From contig JALZUS010000027.1 in NCBI GenBank assembly GCA_023299885.1, forward strand, positions 16,021-80,020: DNA of 64,000 nucleotides, given 5' to 3'. Under the pieces are notes generated by a model. It made no database searches. It worked only from the letters and a program-made list of their open reading frames with translations, and was not told where the DNA came from. Shown here piece by piece: positions 54,245 through 63,478 of the stretch. The DNA comes from Bdellovibrionales bacterium (GTDB taxonomy: Bacteria > Bdellovibrionota > Bdellovibrionia > Bdellovibrionales > UBA1609). The translations under genes and the position numbers were made by a program. Positions within the stretch are counted from its first letter, which is position 1. Each line of letters opens with the position of its first letter.

Positions 54245-55207
54245 CTAATAAATATTTTTAGTGAATTTAGACTTATAATCTAAGTCTTTACCTTGAGTGC
54301 GTATCCTGTGTAAGTGGTATGCGCAGTCCTTAGAGCATGTTTCAGAAATAATAGGCTCATTGAGTATTTCATCAGAAACTTTTGCTTCCTTCTCACATTT
54401 TGAACAAACAATTTTGTTATTAGCGGGTTGTCCTGTATGCGGGCAAAGGTCATAGTTTTTTGTAGGGGCTAGTTCTTGGTTTACAGCTACTCTATGGTCA
54501 AAGACAAAGCATTCGCCTTCAAATTCGTCATTAGGATACTCTTCAAAGTACTTAAGAATGCCGCCATCTAATTGGTTAACATCTTGGTAACCCATACGCT
54601 CCATTTCAAGTAAACCTTTTTCGCAGCGGATGCCTCCGGTGCAGTAGATAAGAACCTTTTTGTCCTTAGGTATATTGTTGTCTTCTAAATACTTAGGGAA
54701 ATCAGTAAATTGATCAATCTTAGGGTCTAAAGCACCTTTAAATTTTCCAATTTTAGTTTCATACCAATTTCGAGTATCAATAAGGACATAGTCTTCATCT
54801 GACTTTAAAACTTTGTTCCACTCTAAAGGGCTTAAGTGCTTATTTTTTTTATTAGGTACAAGATCAGGAGTATTTAAAGTTACAATTTCAGGTCTTAATT
54901 TTACTTTAAAAATATTAAAAGGGTTTTTAGTGCAATCAGAATGCTTAAAGACCATTTTTTTAAGCTGAGTACTTCCAGTATTTTTTTGCAGTGATTGAGT
55001 TAAAACAGTTTGCAATAAATCTTCATAGATTTCTCTGTGTGCTTTTGTGTTAAAACAAACAGTCCCGTTAAAGCCTTCATTAGCGAGTATAATTAAGCCT
55101 TTAGCGTCTAGCTCTAGAGCTTTGCTTTCTAGCAATGTTTTAGTGGCTTCAGAATTAGAAACATCAAAGAAGTGATAAAAATTTGTAACATAATAATTTT
55201 CTTGCAT
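54245..55207 (-). CDS. trhO: rhodanese-domain tRNA uridine(34) hydroxylase TrhO (YceA/UPF0176 family)
   Basis: The ATG at 55207 gives MQENYYVTNFYHFF. Rhodanese active-site loop YCTGGIRCEK. Cys-rich C-terminal tail. Confidence 0.85.
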   Translation of the reverse strand: MQENYYVTNFYHFFDVSNSEATKTLLESKALELDAKGLIILANEGFNGTVCFNTKAHREIYEDLLQTVLTQSLQKNTGSTQLKKMVFKHSDCTKNPFNIFKVKLRPEIVTLNTPDLVPNKKNKHLSPLEWNKVLKSDEDYVLIDTRNWYETKIGKFKGALDPKIDQFTDFPKYLEDNNIPKDKKVLIYCTGGIRCEKGLLEMERMGYQDVNQLDGGILKYFEEYPNDEFEGECFVFDHRVAVNQELAPTKNYDLCPHTGQPANNKIVCSKCEKEAKVSDEILNEPIISETCSKDCAYHLHRIRTQGKDLDYKSKFTKNIY

Positions 55208-55330
55208 ATAAGTATTAGATATCACTTTTAGTGGTGGGCAGAAAGACAAAAGCTTTAAAATAGCAAAAATTGCTCACCAATAGAGCAAAAAAGCTAACTA
55301 AGAGCGCTTAGCTAGCTTTCATAGTATTTT

Positions 55331-57109
55331 CTATGTAGGCGTAGGGACGTCCAAGCCTTCTGCTCTTAATATCTTTAAGGCATTAGTCGTTGGGCAAGGG
55401 CCTTCTTTAATTTTATAGCTAAAGACAAGCTGGTTCTCGCTGACATCATCTCTAAAGTGAAAGTTATCAACTTTTGGAAAATCTTTTTCTAGCTGGGTAA
55501 GTTCTAAGTCATGAGTGGAAATAAAGCCTAAGGCGCGGTCGCTCATGGCAAGCTGTTTAATAACATATTCACTGCCAATATATCGCTCGTTATTATTTGT
55601 GCCTCTAAAAATTTCATCAATGAGATATAAAAAGGGTGCATCAGTGTTTTGGCTATGTTTTACAATATGAGTAATACGCCTCACTTCTGCATAAAAGCTA
55701 GAGTAGCCTTTATCTATATCATCAGAAACTCGCAAGCAGGTTTTAATAGGTCCACAAAAAGTAGTCATTGCTTTAGCAAAAACAGGGAGCCCTCTTTGGC
55801 TTAAAAAGTGATTGATTCCAACAGCTTTTAAGAAAGTAGATTTCCCAGACATATTAGAACCTGTGATAATACCCATGCTTTTGCCGCCATCAAAAATAAA
55901 ATCATTAGCTATAACATCAGAACGATCTATAAGAGGGTGAAAGCCTTGGTTGATATCAATTTTTAGTTCATTAACAACGCTTGGGAAGACAACTGGCTGG
56001 AAAGCACTAAAGAGAGAAAGGCTTAAGTAAGCTTCTACTATATGAAGCTCTTCTAGAACCTTGGGTATAATTTCTTTATGCTTTTTTCTCCAGCTGTCCA
56101 TACGCCAACTCCAGAAGAAGTCCCACGGTAATACTAAATTTAAAACTAAATGAGCTATTGGGTGGGCCCTTACACTTAAAAAGTTAGACCAAAACTCTAC
56201 TTTTTTAAACTGCAGGCTAGGTTGTAAGCTAGCAATATTTGTAACTTGTTCGCCAAAAAGCTGAGTATACTCATTTGTCTCTAGTTTTTTAAAGATAGGC
56301 ATCACTTTTTTTAGAGACTCGCTCCAGCTCTGAACTGTTGAAAAGCTTTTAGAGACATTTTGAAGTTGGCTAAGTGAAGCTAAAGAGAATATAACTAAAA
56401 ATGCAATGGGCTTAATAGCAATAGCTCCGGCCAAAGACAGGGCTAGCCCAAGAGCGCAAACAAGCCAGCTACCAAAAATAAGAAGCTTTGCTGTATTAAA
56501 GTTTTTAGGTAAAAACTCTTTTGTAATATTAGTAGCTAAAAACTGAGTATCAATAATAGTTTTAGACTCTTTAGAATAATAGTACTGAAGCTTTTTAATA
56601 GCAGCAGGGTTTGAGGCTAATTTTTTAAGCTCTGACTGTCTTTTGACTATGGACTCTCTGTCTATGCTGTCCATAAAAAGCTCTATAAGCTTAACGAACC
56701 CACCTGTTGTTACAGTTTCATTGATTAAATTAAATAAAGATTTTTCATCAAAAAGCTGAAGGTCATTGATGGCAGCAATTTGGTCATCATCAAGAGAATA
56801 CAAGGGCTTGATTTCTTCAGTGAGGTTTTTAGCTCTGTAGTTGCCAGTTTGTTTCTCTTTTAGGCTTTTGTTAATTTTATTGAGGACATGAATTGAGTTA
56901 ACAAAACGGCTTTGCTTTCGTGTTAAAAAAACTAAAAATGTAAAAGCGACTAAAAAAGCAACAATGCATAAGAGTCCAAATATGGGGTTAAACCTGTAAA
57001 CAAAAAAACTTGCAAACAGAGCAAGGCCTGCCCATAGACGGTAACCGCGCTGGGTATTTAGTTTGTTTTGTTGGTTAATAAGCTTGTTATCAAGATTTGA
57101 GAGTTTCAT
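55331..57109 (-). CDS. membrane-anchored MutS-related ATPase (MutS domain V only; no mismatch-binding domain)
   Basis: TM pairs near the N-terminus (LWAGLALFASFFVY..IFGLLCIVAFLVAFTFLVFL) and mid-protein (LLIFGSWLVCALGLALSLAGAIAI..IAFLVIFSLASL). The C-terminal part has ITGSNMSGKSTFLK (Walker A), LYLIDEIFRGTN (Walker B) and ISTHDLEL. Confidence 0.75.
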   Translation of the reverse strand: MKLSNLDNKLINQQNKLNTQRGYRLWAGLALFASFFVYRFNPIFGLLCIVAFLVAFTFLVFLTRKQSRFVNSIHVLNKINKSLKEKQTGNYRAKNLTEEIKPLYSLDDDQIAAINDLQLFDEKSLFNLINETVTTGGFVKLIELFMDSIDRESIVKRQSELKKLASNPAAIKKLQYYYSKESKTIIDTQFLATNITKEFLPKNFNTAKLLIFGSWLVCALGLALSLAGAIAIKPIAFLVIFSLASLSQLQNVSKSFSTVQSWSESLKKVMPIFKKLETNEYTQLFGEQVTNIASLQPSLQFKKVEFWSNFLSVRAHPIAHLVLNLVLPWDFFWSWRMDSWRKKHKEIIPKVLEELHIVEAYLSLSLFSAFQPVVFPSVVNELKIDINQGFHPLIDRSDVIANDFIFDGGKSMGIITGSNMSGKSTFLKAVGINHFLSQRGLPVFAKAMTTFCGPIKTCLRVSDDIDKGYSSFYAEVRRITHIVKHSQNTDAPFLYLIDEIFRGTNNNERYIGSEYVIKQLAMSDRALGFISTHDLELTQLEKDFPKVDNFHFRDDVSENQLVFSYKIKEGPCPTTNALKILRAEGLDVPTPT

Positions 57110-57223
57110 AGTATAAGTATCGACTATTATAGCTAAAAATCTATCTTCGTTCGACTTTGGGCGAGTGGGTTATTGTGTCATTGATGTATTTTTAAGCTAT
57201 AAAAGTACTCATTTATATCAGCT

Positions 57224-58153
57224 ATGGTAGTCTTCAAAACAATGAAAAAGACAAATGATATAGCGGCCTTAGCTGTGAACTCTTTATGTAAAAAATATGG
57301 AAACTTTACAGCTGTAGACAAGATGGACTTCTCGGTAAAGCCTGGCGAAATTTTTGGGTTATTAGGGCCTAATGGTGCGGGTAAAACTTCTATTTTAAAT
57401 GTTATTGTAACTTTAGAAAAAGCCACTGAAGGTGTAGTAAAAGTTTTTGGTCATGATGTGGCTTTAGAGCCCGATAAATCAAAGCCCTTGGTTGGCTTTG
57501 TGCCACAAGAGCTTATTAATCATGGCTTTTTTACAGTTCAGCAAATTTTAAAGTTTCATAGCGGATATTACGGGATACTAGAAAATAAAGACCGTATTGA
57601 TTATTTAATGAAGCGCTTAGATCTGTATGAAAAGAGAGATTCAAAAGTAAGGCAGCTAAGTGGAGGCATGAAGCGTAGGTTACTTATAGCAAAAGCTTTA
57701 CTCCATAAGCCTAAAATACTCTTGTTAGACGAGCCAACAGCTGGAGTTGATATAGAGCTGCGCGAAACACTTTGGGACTTTGTAAGAGAATTAAGAGATT
57801 CTGGCACTAGTATTTTATTAACAACCCATTACTTAGAAGAAGCTGAAGAGCTTTGTGATAGAGTGGGAATAATAGACCGTGGTGTGCTTAAAAAAATTGG
57901 GCCTACATCTGAGCTTATTAGTGAACTTACGCAAAGGAATATAGAGTTTAAGTTTGTTGGCAAAGCTATTAATGAGAGTAAATATCTAATTAAAAAAGAA
58001 AATAACGAGTATCGCTTTAGAGTCCCTAACTCTGTTAGCTTAAATCAGTTGTTTTCAGATTTAGGGCTAGAGCTTTCTGATATAAAAGATTTAAAAATTA
58101 AAGAAGGAAGCCTAGAAGAAGCCTTTAGAGAGGTGTTGTCCCATGAATCTTAG
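57224..58153 (+). CDS. ABC transporter ATP-binding protein (ABC-2 / YadG-like exporter subunit)
   Basis: GLLGPNGAGKTS (Walker A), LSGGMKRRL (signature) and LLLDEPTAGVD (Walker B). The start may be the ATG at 57242. Confidence 0.9.
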   Translation: MVVFKTMKKTNDIAALAVNSLCKKYGNFTAVDKMDFSVKPGEIFGLLGPNGAGKTSILNVIVTLEKATEGVVKVFGHDVALEPDKSKPLVGFVPQELINHGFFTVQQILKFHSGYYGILENKDRIDYLMKRLDLYEKRDSKVRQLSGGMKRRLLIAKALLHKPKILLLDEPTAGVDIELRETLWDFVRELRDSGTSILLTTHYLEEAEELCDRVGIIDRGVLKKIGPTSELISELTQRNIEFKFVGKAINESKYLIKKENNEYRFRVPNSVSLNQLFSDLGLELSDIKDLKIKEGSLEEAFREVLSHES

Positions 58154-58931
58154 TTTTATAACATTATATACAGCTTTATTGCGAAGAGAGATTGCTCGTT
58201 TTATGAGTGTGATGTTTCAGACGCTTGTAACACCGCTAGTAACTTCAAGCCTTTATTTGCTTATATTTGGTGTGAGTTTGGGTAAAAGTATAAAGCTATC
58301 TAATGATCTTTCTTATTTAGGTTTTATTATTCCAGGGCTAGTAATGATGGGTGTTTTAAATAATGCTTATCAAAATGCTTCAAGCACTATTATTAGCTCT
58401 AAGTTTTCAGGAGACTTGCAAGATTACAAAGTAACCCCGCTTAACTTTAAGCATATACTGGCAGCTATATCAACAGCAGCCTTATTGAGGGGAGTGCTTG
58501 TAGGTATTATTACTTTTTTAGTGGGAGAAATTTTTTATTACTTTAGCCATGGTGAGTTGCTAGCTATTAAGCACCCTTTCTTATTAATACTATTTATTTT
58601 CATTGGTGGGATTTCTTTTGCATTACTTGGGCTGTCTGTAGCTTTTAAAGCTAAAAACATGGATCAGATCTCGGCAGTGGGTAGTTTTGTGTTAGTTCCT
58701 TTAATTTACTTGGGTGGAGTTTTCTTTTCGTTAGACCAGTTGCATCCTGTTTGGCAAAAAATCTCTCAGTTTAATCCTCTTCTTTACTTTATTAATGGTG
58801 TTAGGTACGGAGTGTATGGCTTTGCTGATGTTTCGTTAACAATGGCTCTTGTCGTTTCTTTTGGGTCTTTAGCTTTCTTTTACGGAGTGGCTTTATTTTG
58901 TTTAAAGAATGGATCTTTTACGCGCTGGTAG
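58143..58931 (+). CDS. ABC-2 type transporter permease (YadH-like)
   Basis: 262 aa with about 6 TM segments. Overlaps the upstream ATPase gene by 11 nt. Confidence 0.85.
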   Translation: MNLSFITLYTALLRREIARFMSVMFQTLVTPLVTSSLYLLIFGVSLGKSIKLSNDLSYLGFIIPGLVMMGVLNNAYQNASSTIISSKFSGDLQDYKVTPLNFKHILAAISTAALLRGVLVGIITFLVGEIFYYFSHGELLAIKHPFLLILFIFIGGISFALLGLSVAFKAKNMDQISAVGSFVLVPLIYLGGVFFSLDQLHPVWQKISQFNPLLYFINGVRYGVYGFADVSLTMALVVSFGSLAFFYGVALFCLKNGSFTRW

Positions 58932-58954
58932 TGTCGTAAGTTTGAGGTAATTAT

Positions 58955-60298
58955 ATGTTTGAAAGTTTATCTGATAAATTAAGTGATCGATTAAGAAAAG
59001 TTCGCGGCCAAGCCAATATTTCTGAAAAAAATATTGAAGAAGCGATTAAAGATGTACGTCTCAGTTTATTAGAGGCAGATGTTAACTTTAAAGTCGTTAA
59101 ATCATTTATCGCAAGGGTAAAAGAAAAAGCCTTAGGTACTGATGTCTTAAAGGGCGTTAATGCGGGCCAACAGTTTACAAGTATTGTGCATGAAGAGCTT
59201 AAAGAGATATTAGGTAAAGAAACAGTCCCACTTAACTTCAAAGAAAACCCCTCTATCTTTTTTATGGTGGGCCTGCAGGGTACAGGGAAAACAACAAGTT
59301 CTGCAAAGCTTGCTTTACATCTTAGAAAAAAACATAACAAAAAAGCAGGCTTAGTTTCTGTAGATATTTATAGGCCTGCTGCAATGGATCAGCTAAAGAT
59401 TTTAGCTAAACAAAACGATCTTTCTTATTATGACTCTCAGCCAACACAAAAACCAAAAGATATTGTTAAAGAAGCATTAGTTTGGGCTAAGAAAGAACTT
59501 GTAGATATTATAATTTTTGATACAGCCGGCCGCTTACAAATTGATGACGAGCTTATGGCTGAAATCGAAGAGCTTAAAAACATGACCAATCCTCAAGAGG
59601 TTTTATTAGTAGCAGATGCTATGTTAGGTCAGCAGTCAGTTTCTGTAGCCCAAGGCTTTAATGAAAAAATGGGTTTAACAGGACTTATTTTAACTAAAGT
59701 GGATGGCGATGCCAGGGGCGGTGCTGCTTTAAGTATTAGGGAAACAGTTGGCGTGCCTATTAAATTTTTAGGTATGGGCGAGAAGGTTTCTAATTTAGAG
59801 GTTTTTCATCCAGACAGGTTGGCTTCTCGCATATTAGACATGGGTGATGTCTTAAGCTTGGTTGAAAAGGCACAAGAGGTAGTTTCAGAAAAAGAAGCCC
59901 TAGAGACAGCTAAAAAGATATCTAAAAATAAATTCACTGTAGAAGATTTTTTAAGTCAAATTCAAATGATGAAAAAAATGGGTGGGTTTGGCAGCATTAT
60001 GAAAATGATGCCGGGTATGGGTCAGCTTACTAAACAAATGAAGGGTATGACTCCTCCAGATGATGAAGTTAAAAAAATAGAAGCCATCATAAGATCTATG
60101 ACAGCTAAAGAGAGGGTTAACCATAAAATTCTTAATGGCTCTCGCAGGCTAAGGATAGCTAATGGGAGCGGCACAAGAGTTCAGGATGTTAATAAATTTA
60201 TAAAGCAATTTGAGCAGTCACAAAAAATGATGTCTAAACTTATGAAGGGTGGAATGGGCAAGGGCTTTCCAGGGATGGGTGGAGGCCTACCATTTTAA
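58955..60298 (+). CDS. ffh: signal recognition particle protein Ffh
   Basis: MFESLSDKLS N-terminus, GLQGTGKTT, DTAGR and TKVDGDARGG GTPase boxes. Met-rich M domain (MMKKMGGFGSIMKMMPGMG). Confidence 0.96.
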   Translation: MFESLSDKLSDRLRKVRGQANISEKNIEEAIKDVRLSLLEADVNFKVVKSFIARVKEKALGTDVLKGVNAGQQFTSIVHEELKEILGKETVPLNFKENPSIFFMVGLQGTGKTTSSAKLALHLRKKHNKKAGLVSVDIYRPAAMDQLKILAKQNDLSYYDSQPTQKPKDIVKEALVWAKKELVDIIIFDTAGRLQIDDELMAEIEELKNMTNPQEVLLVADAMLGQQSVSVAQGFNEKMGLTGLILTKVDGDARGGAALSIRETVGVPIKFLGMGEKVSNLEVFHPDRLASRILDMGDVLSLVEKAQEVVSEKEALETAKKISKNKFTVEDFLSQIQMMKKMGGFGSIMKMMPGMGQLTKQMKGMTPPDDEVKKIEAIIRSMTAKERVNHKILNGSRRLRIANGSGTRVQDVNKFIKQFEQSQKMMSKLMKGGMGKGFPGMGGGLPF

Positions 60299-61470
60299 CT
60301 TCTAGAGATTTTTTTAAAAAATATCTTTTTTCTAAAAGGTCTTCTTCTCTTATCAGAAACCTGTCTTTAATCTGTATAGCAGGAACTGCTTTTGGAATGT
60401 TTTCTTTTGTTCTTATCCTGACTATTATGAATGGGTTTAACAAAAATATTCAAAGTCGGTTTTTAGACTCTAAGCCCCATATGATGATAACGGGAAGTTC
60501 TGCAGACCTTGAAAGTTTTAAAGAGAAAGCCAGTAAGCAATTATCTAAGTCTGACAGAATTTATAACTTTGAAACTCAAGATGTTGTTATTAAAGGTTAC
60601 AATGGGCAACTTAACGGAGCGGTTGCTCAAGGTTTAGATGTTAAGGCTTTAGAGTCCATTAAGCCTTTAGAGGGCATAAATTTAAAAAATAATGAAGTGG
60701 TTTTGGGCATGGCTTTGGCCGATAAGTTTGCTATTTTTGAAGGAGACGAGCTGACTCTTTTGCCTCCAGAAGTTATTTTGTTGCCAGCAGGCGAGGTAGG
60801 CAATTTTTCAAATGTAATAGTAAAAGCCATTATTGATACAGATATTGAAGAGTTAGACTCTCAAGTTATTTATTATGGTTATGATAAGCTTTCTAATTTG
60901 AAGACTTCAAAAAGCAGAAAGCTTGGTTTTGACATCAGGTTAAAGTCGCCAAATCTAGCAGATTCTTATAAAACAGAGTGGACTAGCAAATATAAAAATT
61001 TAAACGTACAAACATGGAAAGACAGAGACCAGTCTTTATTTTTTGCATTAAAATTAGAAAAGATAATTATAGGCACTATAATAGCGATAGCTACTTTAAT
61101 TACATCATTTTCAATAATGACAGTTTTATCTTTATTGCTTCAACAAAAGCGTAAAGAGATAGCTAACTTAAGGGCTATAGGATTATCTATTAAAGACTCT
61201 TACAGAATTTTTAGTGGTGTTGGGTTTAGATTAGCAACATTAGGTTTAGGTGGTGGCTTTGTATTTGGGGTTTTGGTTTGCGGCTTTTTAAAGATAACAG
61301 AGCTAAACATTATGCCAGAAATTTATCAAGATCGTTCTATACCTATAGATTTTGATATAAAATTTTTAACACTAACAGCAATAGCAGCTTTATTGATTGC
61401 TTTTATAGGTTCTTATTTGCCAGTAAAAACAGGCATTAAAAAAAATATAGCTGAAACACTAAAACAGTAG
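60292..61470 (+). CDS. LolC/E-family (FtsX-like) lipoprotein-release permease; proposed non-canonical ATT start
   Basis: The track ORF (ATG at 60397) begins in the middle of TM1. The same frame is open from 60238 and encodes ..FFKKYLFSKRSSSLIRNLSLICIAGTAFGMFSFVLILTIMNGF, the conserved LolC/E N-terminus. That stretch has no in-frame ATG, GTG or TTG. GGAGG (60281-60285) plus 6 nt leads to the ATT at 60292. Confidence 0.7.
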   Translation: MLTSRDFFKKYLFSKRSSSLIRNLSLICIAGTAFGMFSFVLILTIMNGFNKNIQSRFLDSKPHMMITGSSADLESFKEKASKQLSKSDRIYNFETQDVVIKGYNGQLNGAVAQGLDVKALESIKPLEGINLKNNEVVLGMALADKFAIFEGDELTLLPPEVILLPAGEVGNFSNVIVKAIIDTDIEELDSQVIYYGYDKLSNLKTSKSRKLGFDIRLKSPNLADSYKTEWTSKYKNLNVQTWKDRDQSLFFALKLEKIIIGTIIAIATLITSFSIMTVLSLLLQQKRKEIANLRAIGLSIKDSYRIFSGVGFRLATLGLGGGFVFGVLVCGFLKITELNIMPEIYQDRSIPIDFDIKFLTLTAIAALLIAFIGSYLPVKTGIKKNIAETLKQ

Positions 61471-61478
61471 GAGAAATA

Positions 61479-62117
61479 ATGAATAAAAAAATCATTGATG
61501 CTTTAAATTGGAGATATGCCTCAAAATCTTTTGATCATACTAAAAAAATACAAGAGCAAGACTGGGATACAATAGAAGAGTCTATAAGATTAACGGCTTC
61601 TTCTTATGGATTACAGCCTTGGAAATTTATTGTAGTGACTAATGATAAAATGAAAGTAGATCTCGAAGCTATGTCTTATAATCAAAAGCAGGTGTCTACT
61701 TGCTCACATTTTATACTAATGACAGCTATGAAGAGTATGGATGAAACTTATATAGATAGTTATATTAATGATATTGCTGAGACTCGTGATATAGAGGTTG
61801 AAAGTTTAGAGGGCTACAAGAAAGTAATGATGAGTACTATTGGGTCGATGCCAGATGAAAAAGCTGAAGTATGGGCTAAAAATCAATGCTATATAGCTAT
61901 GGGACAAGCTCTATCAACAGCAGCACTTATAGGTGTTGATGCTTGCCCTATGGAGGGTATTGTTAAGCCAGAATTTGATAAATACTTTGAGCTTGAAGAT
62001 ACTAATTATACAAGCTGTATGGCTATTGCTTTTGGCTATAGAAGCCCTGAGGACAAAACGCAGTTTGCTAAAAAGGTAAGATTCACTTCTGAAGAGATGT
62101 TCACTTATAGAGGTTAG
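61479..62117 (+). CDS. NAD(P)H nitroreductase family protein (NfsB/NfnB-like)
   Basis: 212 aa. ALNWRYASKSFD..., SSYGLQPWKFIVV and a C-terminal ..DACPMEG.. block. Confidence 0.85.
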   Translation: MNKKIIDALNWRYASKSFDHTKKIQEQDWDTIEESIRLTASSYGLQPWKFIVVTNDKMKVDLEAMSYNQKQVSTCSHFILMTAMKSMDETYIDSYINDIAETRDIEVESLEGYKKVMMSTIGSMPDEKAEVWAKNQCYIAMGQALSTAALIGVDACPMEGIVKPEFDKYFELEDTNYTSCMAIAFGYRSPEDKTQFAKKVRFTSEEMFTYRG

Positions 62118-62144
62118 TAGTTTTATACATATGAAAAAAAAGGG

Positions 62145-62166
62145 AGGGCTTTAATAGCCCTTTTTG
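62145..62166 (+). terminator. rho-independent terminator after the nitroreductase gene
   Basis: AGGGCT (62145-62150), loop TTAAT, AGCCCT (62156-62161), then a T-run. Preceded by A8. Confidence 0.6.
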
Positions 62167-62264
62167 TCACTTATAGCTTTTTTTTACGATATAGTTTTTA
62201 AAAATAGGGCTGTATAGGCTTTAACTCTTAGTAGAGCCGGCACAATATATGCTTTATATAAGTT

Positions 62265-63476
62265 ATGAAAAAAAGTAAAATATTTGCGATACCTGTAATA
62301 TTAACTATAGTTTTAAGTTCTGATATAGCTTTTGCTGGAGGCACAAACAGGTTATGTGTTGCTGCTCTAGGGGGGATTACAAGGTCTTTAAAGGCTCCAT
62401 TTGTAGAGAGATCTACCGCTAAAAAGTCTGTGAAAGAGATTGTTGGCATAGAGAATATCTATACTGAAAACAGAGTGGAGAATATGATTTTTGGATCTTT
62501 TAATTTAGCTTTTGATAAATCTTTTGAGGCAAATGTTTTTAGTAGTAAAACAAAAATAAAAGGAGTTAGGCTCTCAGGCGATAAGGCTGGCTTTGATCAT
62601 GGGTGGGCTGGGTATTTGGTGCCAGTATCATTAGTAAATATGTTGGAAAAGTCTTTGGAAAGCCCTGGAAATATATATAAGTTTTATAGCAATAAGCATT
62701 TAGTGCAAAAATTAGCTTATATAGCAGACTTTGATTCTAAACAAAAAAAGAAAACTATTAAGAAATATATTAATGAAAACCCTGAATTAGAGGCTAAAAT
62801 TTTAGATAAAGCTTTGTATAGTACAATAAATGCAACAGAAGAAGCTTTAGGCTTTAGCTTTATTGAATCTGCTTTAAAAGAAGAAAAGGTAAATACAGAT
62901 AAGCTACATAAAGAAAGCTCAGAATTATGGAAGAGGATCAAGCAGTTTAGAAAAAGAGAATCTAATATTATAACAATCAATAATGTAAAGTATTACCCTG
63001 CGGGCCCTTATAGCCAAAATAAAGAAGTGCCGGTAGTGAAGTTAAAAAGCTCTTATTGGATGCCTAATTTTGAAGAGGGGTTGTTTGATCTGACAGAGAC
63101 ACTAGAGTTTTTAGACTCTAGTGAGTTACTGGACCCGTCATTGGCTGAAACTAATAATAACGACTCTATTATGAGGAAGTTTACCTTGGGCGCACAAACC
63201 TTACTAAGTAGTCAGAATGGTTATATTATGGGCCGATTTAGGGGTTTTTGGAAGGAGCAAGGTCAAAGGAAAAGAGGGAATATCTTTGATACAACTTTAG
63301 ATGAAGAATTTTTTGGAGATATCCTTACAAGTGAAGAGATTTATTATAATCATAACGATATTCATTACGGATCAACTATAGTTTTTATTGAAGTTTTAGA
63401 TGCTGTAGATGGTAGCTCTAAGGTTTTACCAATAACGATAGAGCATGGGATGAGTTTGAACTTAGTGACAGAGTAA
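62265..63476 (+). CDS. secreted hypothetical protein (403 aa)
   Basis: Signal peptide MKKSKIFAIPVILTIVLSSDIAFA. I recognise no motif. The ORF fills the space between a terminator and dapD. Confidence 0.7.
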   Translation: MKKSKIFAIPVILTIVLSSDIAFAGGTNRLCVAALGGITRSLKAPFVERSTAKKSVKEIVGIENIYTENRVENMIFGSFNLAFDKSFEANVFSSKTKIKGVRLSGDKAGFDHGWAGYLVPVSLVNMLEKSLESPGNIYKFYSNKHLVQKLAYIADFDSKQKKKTIKKYINENPELEAKILDKALYSTINATEEALGFSFIESALKEEKVNTDKLHKESSELWKRIKQFRKRESNIITINNVKYYPAGPYSQNKEVPVVKLKSSYWMPNFEEGLFDLTETLEFLDSSELLDPSLAETNNNDSIMRKFTLGAQTLLSSQNGYIMGRFRGFWKEQGQRKRGNIFDTTLDEEFFGDILTSEEIYYNHNDIHYGSTIVFIEVLDAVDGSSKVLPITIEHGMSLNLVTE

Positions 63477-63478
63477 GT

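Noticed and set aside
57110-57426. 82-aa minus-strand ORF (57178-57426) and the divergent intergenic region, examined as a possible small regulator
   Set aside because: The ORF runs antisense through the Walker A region of the ABC ATPase gene. No HTH-like motif is present.
58951-59340. 129-aa minus-strand ORF overlapping the 5-prime part of ffh
   Set aside because: It is fully antisense to a highly conserved gene (Ffh N/G domains) and has no motif. This is a typical shadow ORF in AT-rich DNA.
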